Notes under the pieces: generated by a model
The model's input: only the letters and a program-made list of their open reading frames with translations
What the model was told of the DNA's origin: nothing
Databases searched by the model: none
In this document: positions 27,428 to 35,082 of the stretch, in pieces
Numbering within the stretch: the first letter of the stretch is position 1
Layout: each line of letters starts with the position of its first letter
Made by a program: the position numbers and the translations under genes
Virus record (IMG/VR): IMGVR_UViG_3300048857_000022
Span: 1 to 36,819 of that record
From: a virus
Lineage: Duplodnaviria; Caudoviricetes
DNA: 36,819 nucleotides
Reading direction: 5' to 3' (one strand)

Positions 27428-27467
27428 GTTTCTAACGATCTTGCTCGCAGAGGCAGGCGTACCTAAA

Positions 27468-27776
27468 TCAATACTCGAAATGAGTTTTCGCTTGCCCATT
27501 CTGATCAAGTTCAAGAGTGAACCATTTCCACTTGCCACCGGTATGATCAGACATGGCTTTATGCAAATCAAAAGACAGATCACTAAGTCTGACTACGGAT
27601 GTAAAAGACATCCCTATGGAATACCTAATACCTTGGAAGTAATAGGCAAAGCTTCCATCAAAGCATTCGTCGGTTGTGTCTAACTCACCTTTAAAATGTA
27701 TCGTCTCAAATGGCTCATTTACCTCGTTAAAACTGATATTTGCCATTTCATTTAAGATAGCCACTTGGTCTTGCAT
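27468..27776 (-). CDS. Putative orphan immunity protein (YezG/DUF600-like)
   Basis: Acidic 102 aa ending LHKAM..HTGGKWKWFTLELDQNGQAKTHFEY. Confidence 0.5.
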   Translation of the reverse strand: MQDQVAILNEMANISFNEVNEPFETIHFKGELDTTDECFDGSFAYYFQGIRYSIGMSFTSVVRLSDLSFDLHKAMSDHTGGKWKWFTLELDQNGQAKTHFEY

Positions 27777-27911
27777 GTGGGTCCGCTCTAGAGTCAGGTA
27801 ACCGGATTTAAACCTTATGAGCTTGCTATAGCACAGTAGCCCTGACCTAAAGACCGATTAGCTCAGCGCTCACGTGGCAGAATATATGTATCGATTTAAT
27901 AGTGGCTAGCA

Positions 27912-28484
27912 GTGATGGGAAGACCAACAAGCGGTATTGCCTGGAAGGCAGCAATCGTTGGAGGGGTGCGCTACGACTTAAATCACCTGCATCCTTATAT
28001 TTGGGAAGTGGTGATTCCTGGAAAGGAAAAAAGCGATAAGCATCCAGCCGTGCCTGAAAGAAAGATACGCGTAAACGTCTCCTTTGGGCTGCACTGTTTT
28101 GCTAGAGATCCACTGCCAAGCGAAAGGGTTAGCGATGATTTTTGGTATCAGGACAATCGAGAACGTCGAGTTTTCTGCCAGATTCGCTGGGAGCTTTCGA
28201 AGCAACTACCAGGAATCATTGCAACACTAGCGGAACGTCGCTGCATGCATACAGGCCGGGAGGAATTCGTAACGCTAGAGGTGCCTTACCAAGGAAGAAC
28301 CTTGGAATATGCAGTGTTTTTCACTGTAACCAAGGCAGGAAAAGCGGATCGGGCAGATTTGAACCTGTTTGTGAATAGTGCTCATGAGCGATACGACCCA
28401 CTCAAGTACACCAAGCCGATCAAGTTTCACTTCATCTTGTTAAACAGACTGCAAGGGAAACCCATCAAGCCGCCTCCCCGCTAA
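27912..28484 (+). CDS. YjaZ(HtrC)-like protein
   Basis: W...YDLNHL...VSFGLHCF..D...Y....ERRVFCQIR..L...H.G...L.LFVNSA...KF..I..N.L.GK, matching my recollection of E. coli YjaZ. Confidence 0.7.
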   Translation: MMGRPTSGIAWKAAIVGGVRYDLNHLHPYIWEVVIPGKEKSDKHPAVPERKIRVNVSFGLHCFARDPLPSERVSDDFWYQDNRERRVFCQIRWELSKQLPGIIATLAERRCMHTGREEFVTLEVPYQGRTLEYAVFFTVTKAGKADRADLNLFVNSAHERYDPLKYTKPIKFHFILLNRLQGKPIKPPPR

Positions 28485-28602
28485 AAAGCAAAACCCCGCA
28501 CGATGGCGGGGTTTTTTAATCCGGAGCCTCTTGGTTATCCCACTCTAGGGTGCGGGCCTCTTTCGAGGTGGGCGGGCGCTTTCACCGGTCGGCGCTACCT
28601 AT
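28483..28602 (-). ncRNA. Putative ~120-nt structured small RNA convergent with the yjaZ-like gene
   Basis: TTGACG-17bp-GAAACT promoter (28637-28609), GC-rich ORF-less body with CCTC-GAAA-GAGG hairpin, ending at the shared terminator. Confidence 0.55.
28490..28517. terminator. Bidirectional rho-independent terminator
   Basis: AAAACCCCGC-ACGATG-GCGGGGTTTT with A and T tracts on both sides. Confidence 0.85.
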
Positions 28603-28731
28603 GGATACAGTTTCCTAAAAGGTACTGCTCACGTCAACTTTTGACGTCACCTTCTGTCGCATAAGTTATGCTTAAAAACATCAAGGACAACCTTTTATCC
28701 AGACGAGAAAGCTGAATGAGAGATGGTAACT

Positions 28732-28869
28732 ATGGACAAAGAACTCTTTGATGATCTAGTCGAAAGCATGGAGCAGATTAACGAAATCGCTGCGGGGGAG
28801 CGGGAGCCCTCCCGCATCTTCGAGGTTGAGAAGGATCCAACCCACGTTATTTCTGCGCTACAGGCTTGA
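28732..28869 (+). CDS. 45-aa peptide resembling the N-terminus of NadS/HigA2-type antitoxins, lacking the HTH
   Basis: MDKELFDDLVESMEQINEIAAGEREPSRIFEVE..., translated by hand. Could be a truncated remnant. Confidence 0.5.
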   Translation: MDKELFDDLVESMEQINEIAAGEREPSRIFEVEKDPTHVISALQA

Positions 28870-28916
28870 TAGGCTGCCTGCTTGCTTTACGAAAAAGCCT
28901 CCAAATGAAGGCTTTC

Positions 28917-29315
28917 CTATGAGCTCTGTTTGGGTAATCGCGTTTTTGCACGGCTTACCCACTTGGAGTTGATATCTTCAAGGTCGGTTAGCTGGCCGGC
29001 TTCGGCTTCGGCCAATCCCTCTCGAATTGATTTTGAGTGCCACGAGTCGTCGTCCTTCAGTTCGGCCAAGCGTAGATCGTACGCGCTTTGAAGGTTCATC
29101 CAGAACTTCGCTGTAGTGCCTAAAGCATTACTGAGTAGCAGAGCCAGATCAGGTGTTATCTCCTGACGCTCACACAGAATTTCGTTCAGTGTGGTTTCTG
29201 GAATAGAGATTGTCTGAGCAAAACTTGCAGTTAAGGTACCTGACGGGTTTAGAAACTCTTCTCGCAGAATTTCTCCTGGATGAATTGGGCGCATTCCATT
29301 TTTGTGCATAGCCAT
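28917..29315 (-). CDS. higA: HigA-family antitoxin with a ParD/CopG-antitoxin-like C-terminal extension
   Basis: GMRPIHPGEILREEFL...ITPDLALLLS.ALGTTAKFWMNLQSAYDL, then WHSKSIREGLAEAEAGQLTDLEDINSKW. Confidence 0.8.
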   Translation of the reverse strand: MAMHKNGMRPIHPGEILREEFLNPSGTLTASFAQTISIPETTLNEILCERQEITPDLALLLSNALGTTAKFWMNLQSAYDLRLAELKDDDSWHSKSIREGLAEAEAGQLTDLEDINSKWVSRAKTRLPKQSS

Positions 29316-29500
29316 AAACATCCATTCATGATCTAAAGCAGAACTGCCGGTACTGGCTATCAAAGATAACAGCGATTCGAATTTAGATAGGCATTGCCGG
29401 CAGCACTTACAAATTAGCATATTTGCAATGAGCTGATCTTAAGCGATTCGCAGATGGGTATATGCATTCCGCCACAGCTCATAGCTTAAAGGTTTCAAGA

Positions 29501-29710
29501 CTACGACCTATCTATGGATTGAAGCTCTGCTAAAAGCTTTGCTGCTTTACGAGCACCGCGGCTGGCATTTCCCTCTCCTAGCTCAACAAACAGCTGATAA
29601 GTTTCATCGTCCAGCGTCATAAGCCGCTTTTGAGTTTTAATGCCTTCTGGCAAATCGGCGGCGCGCCCAGCGCCTGCACGCGCGCCGCCTCTTGCTGTTT
29701 TTTCTGTCAT
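29501..29710 (-). CDS. Small DNA-binding protein (RGGAR-GAGR motif plus RHH-like)
   Basis: MTEKTARGGARAGAGR...RLMTLDDETYQLFVELGEGNASRGAR. Confidence 0.7.
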   Translation of the reverse strand: MTEKTARGGARAGAGRAADLPEGIKTQKRLMTLDDETYQLFVELGEGNASRGARKAAKLLAELQSIDRS

Positions 29711-29738
29711 TGAGATTAACCCTTCCAATATGAAGGCC

Positions 29739-29768
29739 AAAAAAAACCGCTCCGAAGAGCGGCTTTTT
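29739..29768 (-). terminator. Rho-independent terminator
   Basis: CCGCTC-CGAA-GAGCGG flanked by A and T tracts. Confidence 0.75.
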
Positions 29769-29781
29769 CCAGCTGGCCTGC

Positions 29782-29961
29782 TTAGTGACCTAGAAACTTA
29801 GGAGCCACAACCCAAAGCAGCGCCGCAACAGTCCACACCGCACCAGTTACCAGAACTGGCTTTATAAACCATGCGGGACTGCTGAAACTTGCGGCACGCG
29901 CGTCGCTTTCGGCCTGCAGCTGCTGCAGTTCCTTAATAATGTCTTTTTCGTTGATCGGCAT
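29782..29961 (-). CDS. 59-aa protein with C-terminal TM helix
   Basis: MPINEKDIIKELQQLQAESDARAASFSSPAWFIKPVLVTGAVWTVAALLWVVAPKFLGH, with AGGAGG RBS; translated by hand. Confidence 0.7.
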   Translation of the reverse strand: MPINEKDIIKELQQLQAESDARAASFSSPAWFIKPVLVTGAVWTVAALLWVVAPKFLGH

Positions 29962-30027
29962 GGTTGCCTCCTATCGCGTGGCGTCGCCTATGGGAAAACT
30001 ATAGCCCTTAGTGCCTTTACTGTATAG

Positions 30028-30050
30028 AACCCCGCCTTTCGGCGGGGGCT
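30028..30050 (-). terminator. GC hairpin / terminator after the 65-aa gene
   Basis: CCCCGCC-TTTC-GGCGGGG. Confidence 0.6.
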
Positions 30051-30054
30051 TGGA

Positions 30055-30252
30055 TCATTTGTGAAGGTTATTTAGCAGAACACCTAATGCGCCGATCAGA
30101 CCGCTTAGGATGACTACCCAGTAACCGATTGCCTCCCTTTTTAGCTTTGCCGTTTCGGCTTTGGTTTTTTCCTCGTTTAACATTCCGATTCTTATGTCCT
30201 GAATCAGCTTGAGTCGTTCTAGCTCTTCCTTTGTTTGTCCTTTGTCTTCCAT
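30055..30252 (-). CDS. 65-aa coiled-coil protein with C-terminal TM helix
   Basis: ...KTKAETAKLKREAIGYWVVILSGLIGALGVLL; AAGGAG RBS. Confidence 0.75.
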   Translation of the reverse strand: MEDKGQTKEELERLKLIQDIRIGMLNEEKTKAETAKLKREAIGYWVVILSGLIGALGVLLNNLHK

Positions 30253-30290
30253 CGCTTCTCCTTTCTAACAAGGGCACTGCCTTGTATGAC

Positions 30291-30323
30291 TTGAATTATA
30301 TATATAATTCAAAAGAGAGGCAA
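30291..30323 (-). promoter_or_regulatory. Strong sigma70 promoter overlapped by a perfect 22-bp palindromic operator
   Basis: TTGCCT-17bp-TATAAT; TTGAATTATATATATAATTCAA (30291-30312). Confidence 0.75.
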
Positions 30324-30546
30324 GAAGTATGTTTTCATTAGGGCATCCGTCATTGAGCGCATGGGTATCGGCAGGTGCATTGACGACCAACGGTCGAAAC
30401 TCTGTAGGTAAAAATGCGGTCATTTTCATGGGAGCAATGGATACTGCTTTTCTTGTGTAAACTGCCGCTGGTCCTGCATTACCCCCAACCTGCGGCAGTT
30501 CTTTTCAACTATGAATGACCCTGCTCCAAGCATTAAGAGGTAGCCC

Positions 30547-30666
30547 ATGACGACAATTGAAAATTGCCCTTCATGCGGCACATCTGAGCTTGCACGTATG
30601 TATACCCTTAGCCTTTTATATTGCCCCGACTGCAACCTCTCGTTTGCCTGGGGCAGTCATAGCTGA
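30547..30666 (+). CDS. 39-aa zinc-ribbon microprotein
   Basis: MTTIENCPSCGTSELARMYTLSLLYCPDCNLSFAWGSHS; GAGG RBS. Confidence 0.5.
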   Translation: MTTIENCPSCGTSELARMYTLSLLYCPDCNLSFAWGSHS

Positions 30667-30678
30667 CCCTGCCAAAGT

Positions 30679-30909
30679 ATGCCCTTTGTCTCCCAACATT
30701 CTGAGTTCTTAGCGGCAGCTCAGGCCAGACTGACCTGCTCCTGTAAACGGCGCGATGCACTAATCAATATCATTAGGCATTTAGAAGAAAAGGGCATGGA
30801 CTTATGCAGTGCACGTTGAACGCTCCTAGCTATAGACGAACGTATAGAAATCCAAAGCTATCATCTGGACACGTTACTGAGGTCTAGAAGAACAAACCCT
30901 CCTGATTAA
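30679..30909 (+). pseudogene. Possible small helical protein interrupted by an in-frame TGA at 30817
   Basis: Frame reads on past the stop (...GMDLCSAR*TLLAIDERIEIQ...) to TAA at 30909. Confidence 0.3.
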
Positions 30910-30950
30910 CTCAAAACCTTAACCACCATAGTGTGCACGTAACATTTTAA

Positions 30951-31071
30951 TGTAGTCATTTGGGTATACCCCAGCGACTACACCCAAAACAGGCCTTTCA
31001 GGTGTAGCGATAAATAGGTAAAACGACTTATACGACTACACCTATAATTCGCTACACCTAACGACTACACC
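30951..31071. other. res site (three-subsite) for the serine resolvase
   Basis: Site I TGTAGTC..GGG-TATA-CCC..GACTACA (30951-30982); further CGACTACACC / GGTGTAGCG half-sites at 31001-31071. Confidence 0.8.
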
Positions 31072-31082
31072 CGAGGCCTTAA

Positions 31083-31736
31083 ATGTTCATTCGCGCTTAC
31101 CTTCGAGCCAGCACCGACGACCAGGACGCTAATCGGGCTCGAAAGACGCTCCAATCCTTTGCAGCCGACCAAGGTATCCGCATCGCTGCCTTCTATATAG
31201 AGAATGCCTCAGGCACGACAGTGGATCGCTCCGAGCTGCTGCGCCTGCTTGCTGATGCCTCACCAGGTGATGTGCTCCTGGTCGAATCAGTCGACCGACT
31301 GACCCGCCTTCCCAGACCGGCCTGGGAACAGTTGCGTAACCAGATCGCAGCGGCAGGCCTCCAGGTCGTCGCACTCGATCTACCCATCACGCATGCCGTA
31401 CTCAAACCTACGGGCGAGGACGGAATTCAGGAGTGGATGCTTAAAGCCATCAGCCAGATGTTTCTGGAGTTCATGGCCGCGTTTGCACGGAAGGACTACG
31501 ACCTACGGCGCGAGCGGCAAATACAAGGTATTGAGAAGGCCAAGCGCACAGGCCTATACCAAGGACGAAAAACCGATCAGGAGCAACGGCGTCGGATTCA
31601 GGAATGCTTAGCTAAGGGTTTCTCCGTTCGCAAAACGGCGGATCTGCTCGGCTGCTCAACCAGTACAGTGTCCAGGTTCAAAAGAGAAGCAGCCGCGCTA
31701 ATGCAGTCGGATAATCAATTCGCCATGAGCATCTAG
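31083..31736 (+). CDS. Small serine recombinase (plasmid resolvase) with C-terminal HTH
   Basis: MFIRAYLRASTDDQ...DVLLVESVDRLTR...RERQIQGIEKAK..G.YQGRK. Confidence 0.93.
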   Translation: MFIRAYLRASTDDQDANRARKTLQSFAADQGIRIAAFYIENASGTTVDRSELLRLLADASPGDVLLVESVDRLTRLPRPAWEQLRNQIAAAGLQVVALDLPITHAVLKPTGEDGIQEWMLKAISQMFLEFMAAFARKDYDLRRERQIQGIEKAKRTGLYQGRKTDQEQRRRIQECLAKGFSVRKTADLLGCSTSTVSRFKREAAALMQSDNQFAMSI

Positions 31737-31883
31737 GACTGGACGATTCATCTGTAGTTATAAGAGGCTGTACGCACGTCTAGAGACTTAGACCTAATGT
31801 AAATCTAGCGAATCTGGCAATTTGTCAACCAAACGGACATGGCAAATACAGACATCTGTCAACCAAACCATTAAGGAGCAAGC

Positions 31884-32096
31884 ATGCAGTTACATGAAAC
31901 CACTGAGGTCTGTGAGGCAACCTCAACTGAACAAGCAAACGAGCTACTGGCTAACGGATGGAATTTGTTAGCAGTGACTACTATTGGAGGTCCAGCAGGG
32001 CATAAACCCTGTTATGTCTTGGGGAAAAAGAAACTGACAGAGATTGCTGCAGCGACTCAAGCTGCGCAGGGGAAAGTATTACTATCAAAGGAATAG
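31884..32096 (+). CDS. Small hypothetical protein
   Basis: 70 aa with TAAGGAG RBS; hairpin AAGCCCT..AGGGCTT follows. Confidence 0.65.
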   Translation: MQLHETTEVCEATSTEQANELLANGWNLLAVTTIGGPAGHKPCYVLGKKKLTEIAAATQAAQGKVLLSKE

Positions 32097-32147
32097 AGCA
32101 TAAGCCCTGAACTTAGGGCTTGGTCAAGAGGGGATTTATATTGCGAG

Positions 32148-32416
32148 GCTACCAATCTTCATGTGTAAAGATCCCCTTCCCTATCGGGATCAAATCCGCT
32201 TTAGGCCCCCCTGGAGCTCAGATCGATACGCTGACCATTTGGTTAGAACTAGGGTCGAATGGAAGTATCCACAGCAGGCCGAAAGGGCGTGTAGTTCGGC
32301 AGGCGCATATAAGAGTTAGCCGCACGGTAAAACTCCCAGATCCCATGCTTTCCAGCACTGCGTAAAGATCGCTCAAGATTTAAGGTAACACCGTCTTTTA
32401 AGCGAACTATTGCCAT
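32148..32416 (-). pseudogene. Possible degraded gene downstream of rep (MAIVRLKDGVTLNLERSLRSAGKHGIWEF...)
   Basis: Begins 8 nt after the rep stop, terminates early, and protein-like sequence continues in another frame. Confidence 0.3.
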
Positions 32417-32424
32417 AGTCTCTT

Positions 32425-33156
32425 CTACCCTTGATCGGATGATATGGGCAACGCCTCAGCGTCTGTCGTTGAGTAAAACGTAAACTTCAACCGATCAGGC
32501 ACCCTGCCCTTTTTGATGATCTCGTAGTCCATCACCATGTTGGCCTTCTCAGGTAGCTCGTTCTTTGCTGGATCCAGCACACGCGTCCGGAGATTACTCA
32601 TACGCTCGTACGCTTTGCCTAGGCCAAGGCGCTCTCGGAAGTCGTCCAGTTTGACGATCCAGTAGCCGAAACCCTCGACCTCGTAGCGCATGAACATTTC
32701 GAAGAGTCGCACACTATGAACTGAGGTCAGGTTAGCTACACGCATCAGCTTGTAGCGCGTGAAATCGCCTGTCAGCTCAGATAGGTAGGGTGCGACAACA
32801 GGCGTGAAATACAGCTCAACGAAGCCGTCGTATTTGGTCGTGCTCTTACGCCAAATCCAGCGATATTCGTCTTCGGGGCTGTTTGCTACTTCAGGAATCT
32901 TGATAGTGCAGTGGTATAGGCTTTCTGTCGCTTCCTTGATGGCCTCATAGGCCCACTTTCCCGGCAGGTTGTATGCCTGAGCGAACTCATGCGCATAGAT
33001 GCGGATCGGCTCAGGGATTGGCTTGCGAGAGTCAATCTTGGAGATGGCTAGCAAAAGCAAGCGCTTCTCCTGGAGCGTCATTTTGTATGCCGCCTCCAAC
33101 AGAGCGTTACCCTTTACTACCCAGTGGTCGGCCTCATCGATCATCAGGTCCGTCAT
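32425..33156 (-). CDS. Plasmid replication initiator, Rep_3 (RepB / pPS10 RepA-like) family
   Basis: VVKGNALLEAAYKMTLQEKRLLLLAISKID...FTRYKL..VANLTSVHSVRLFE...RVLDPAKNEL...IKKGR. Confidence 0.93.
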   Translation of the reverse strand: MTDLMIDEADHWVVKGNALLEAAYKMTLQEKRLLLLAISKIDSRKPIPEPIRIYAHEFAQAYNLPGKWAYEAIKEATESLYHCTIKIPEVANSPEDEYRWIWRKSTTKYDGFVELYFTPVVAPYLSELTGDFTRYKLMRVANLTSVHSVRLFEMFMRYEVEGFGYWIVKLDDFRERLGLGKAYERMSNLRTRVLDPAKNELPEKANMVMDYEIIKKGRVPDRLKFTFYSTTDAEALPISSDQG

Positions 33157-33210
33157 AATGAGTCACATGCCGGGAATGAAAGACCGAGTGTATCTAATCA
33201 AAAGCCTATC

Positions 33211-33715
33211 TGCTACATGTCCGGAATTTGTAGCGCGAGTGTGGATAACGTCCGTTTTTTGTAGCATAGAGTCCGGAATTTGTAGCGCAAAGTCCGGAAT
33301 TTGTAGCACTCGCTTCGCTGGAAGCCGCATGGCTAAAGGCCTGCAGCCATCTCTATAAACAAGTTAAAAAACAAGTTAAAAAACAAGTTAAAAAACAAGT
33401 TAAAAAACAAGTTAAAAAACAAGTTAAAAAACAAGTTAAAAAACAAGTTAAAAAACAAGTTAAAAAACAAGATAAAAAAACAGATCAAGAACAGTGATTT
33501 TTTGAGTCTTTTTTAAGAGCAAAAGTCCAGAATTTGTAGCACTGAGAAAGCTAACTGCCCTCCCCTACTCGCTATAAAAACCAGAAAGTCCGGTGTTTGT
33601 AGCATGAGCTTCATCATTGACTGACAGATCGGCTGAAAAGCGTTGATCAGGAAAGGCGTTCCAGCCCATTTCTAGGTTGCCAGCCTCTATCCCAGAAAAG
33701 TCCGGAATTTGTAGC
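33211..33715. repeat. Iteron origin: seven GTCCGGAATTTGTAGC-like repeats plus DnaA box
   Basis: Copies at 33219, 33250, 33271, 33292 (last three 21 bp apart), 33525, 33588, 33700. TGTGGATAA at 33240-33248. Inverted half-site TGCTACA at 33211. Confidence 0.9.
33357..33480. repeat. AT-rich tandem 12-mer array (CAAGTTAAAAAA x9 plus one variant), probable unwinding element
   Basis: Direct reading of the sequence; adjacent to the iterons. Confidence 0.9.
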
Positions 33716-33726
33716 ACGAAAGCTAA

Positions 33727-33822
33727 ATACATATAAAATACTTACGTTATACGTATGATTTACCTATTCCATGCTCACATAAAATGTATTTTATGATTAT
33801 TTCATACGTATATTATATGTAT
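33727..33822. repeat. Centromere-like ATACGTAT repeats (downstream cluster)
   Basis: ATAC(G/A/T)TA(T/C)-like octamers at 33727, 33738, 33749, 33760 and 33804, 33815 (11-bp period). Confidence 0.65.
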
Positions 33823-33857
33823 ATCAGCTGGCTAAGCTGGGCTCTAAAACAAGCGGC

Positions 33858-34148
33858 TCACTCTTGTAGCCGCTTGAGTTCATTCCGAATAGCTTGCATC
33901 ACAAACGCTGTTCTGGTGTTCAAAACCTCGTCGTTTCGAACGAAATCATCTACACGCTCAAGCAGATCAGACGGGTAAAGCATCGTTACCGGCTCCCTTT
34001 TCTTCTTCTTTTTAGGCACCTCTGTTTCTGCTGGTTTACCGCTGTCTGGAGCACCCTGGATGAACTGCTTTATGGCTTGGTTATCTGGCTGCTCGGTAGG
34101 TGAAGCTGGAGCCATTCCAGGGGGAAGCATCGATACCCTCTTTTTCAT
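33858..34148 (-). CDS. ParG-like RHH centromere-binding protein
   Basis: Disordered N-terminus, IKQFIQGAPD, C-terminal PVTMLYPSDLLERVD...RTAFVMQAIR; overlaps the parA stop. Confidence 0.8.
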   Translation of the reverse strand: MKKRVSMLPPGMAPASPTEQPDNQAIKQFIQGAPDSGKPAETEVPKKKKKREPVTMLYPSDLLERVDDFVRNDEVLNTRTAFVMQAIRNELKRLQE

Positions 34149-34813
34149 TCAACATCTCCAAAGATATGACGCACCAAACGCTTAAGCTCAAAGCTGGCTT
34201 TTTGGTCTTTACGTTCAAGCTCATCGACACTCAGTCCACGACTTGATGCCACAGCAAATGCTTTCCGATCGCCAAGTGATGCATCCAAGAAAGGAAGCTG
34301 CGGGTAATGCTCAAGCACCCTTTCAGCTTCAAGATTGTCAGAAGCATTCACACCAGGGTCAGCCATAGAAAGCATGGCATGCACACGGAGAGGTTGAATC
34401 TTGGCTCGCGAGCGGGCCCGTTGTGCTTCATCTATAAGAGAAGCCATTTTGCTAAGTGCCCAAGTATCAAAGGCGCGAGGTTGGAACGGGACCACCAATA
34501 CATCGGCTAAGGCCAAGGCGGAGCGCAACGACTCGCTATCGAAACCACCACAGTCCAGGATTACGTCATCATAAAGTTTGGATTGATGCTCAACCTGTAC
34601 GTAGAAGTCATCGCCCTTCGGGTAATGGGATGCAGCAACAGCTGGTTTTACTCCATCCATTAAACGAAGCGTAATCGCCTGGCCAGAACTGTTCTGCGGA
34701 TCTCCATCGACCAGCCAAACATTCTTACCCTGATTAGCTCGTGCTACTGCTAGCTGAACTGAAGTGGTGCTCTTGCCGGTACCGCCTTTTGTATTGCCGA
34801 TGAGAACGATCAT
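34145..34813 (-). CDS. parA: Type Ib partition ATPase ParA
   Basis: KGGTGKST deviant Walker A, LVDGDPQ, VILDCGG; no N-terminal HTH. Confidence 0.93.
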   Translation of the reverse strand: MIVLIGNTKGGTGKSTTSVQLAVARANQGKNVWLVDGDPQNSSGQAITLRLMDGVKPAVAASHYPKGDDFYVQVEHQSKLYDDVILDCGGFDSESLRSALALADVLVVPFQPRAFDTWALSKMASLIDEAQRARSRAKIQPLRVHAMLSMADPGVNASDNLEAERVLEHYPQLPFLDASLGDRKAFAVASSRGLSVDELERKDQKASFELKRLVRHIFGDVE

Positions 34814-34878
34814 GACGCCTCCCGTGGCATCTGGTTATGTATGCGGTACGGATCATATCAATACTAAATGCATATGCA

Positions 34879-34930
34879 ATACATATTTTATACGTATGAA
34901 ATACGTATAAAATATGTATAAAATACGTAT
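34879..34930. repeat. Centromere/operator-like ATACGTAT repeats upstream of parA
   Basis: Octamers at 34879, 34890, 34901, 34912, 34923 (11-bp period). Confidence 0.75.
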
Positions 34931-35082
34931 ATAAGTATTACTTTGAATGTATTCCATATGTTTATCACATGCATGCAGCCTATTTCTCTTCCTCTGTACG
35001 ATCTGAGCCAGCGGCAGAGTAAGGACATGCGGCAAAAGATTCCGAAGAAGAAAAACTTTCTAGCTCCAGCACCCGGCGCGCG

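Noticed and set aside
27428-30900. phiCTX cytotoxin (ctx) gene in its usual slot
   Set aside because: No ORF of suitable size or character is present.
31083-31736. Recombinase as phage integrase or tail-fibre invertase
   Set aside because: 217 aa without a large-serine-recombinase C-terminal domain, has its own res site, and lies far from the single fibre gene with no invertible cassette.
31823-31868. Direct repeat TGTCAACCAAAC x2 upstream of the 70-aa gene
   Set aside because: Only two copies and no associated regulator can be assigned.
33357-33480. 12-mer array or iterons as a CRISPR array
   Set aside because: No unique spacers, repeats too short, no cas genes, and the context is a replication origin.
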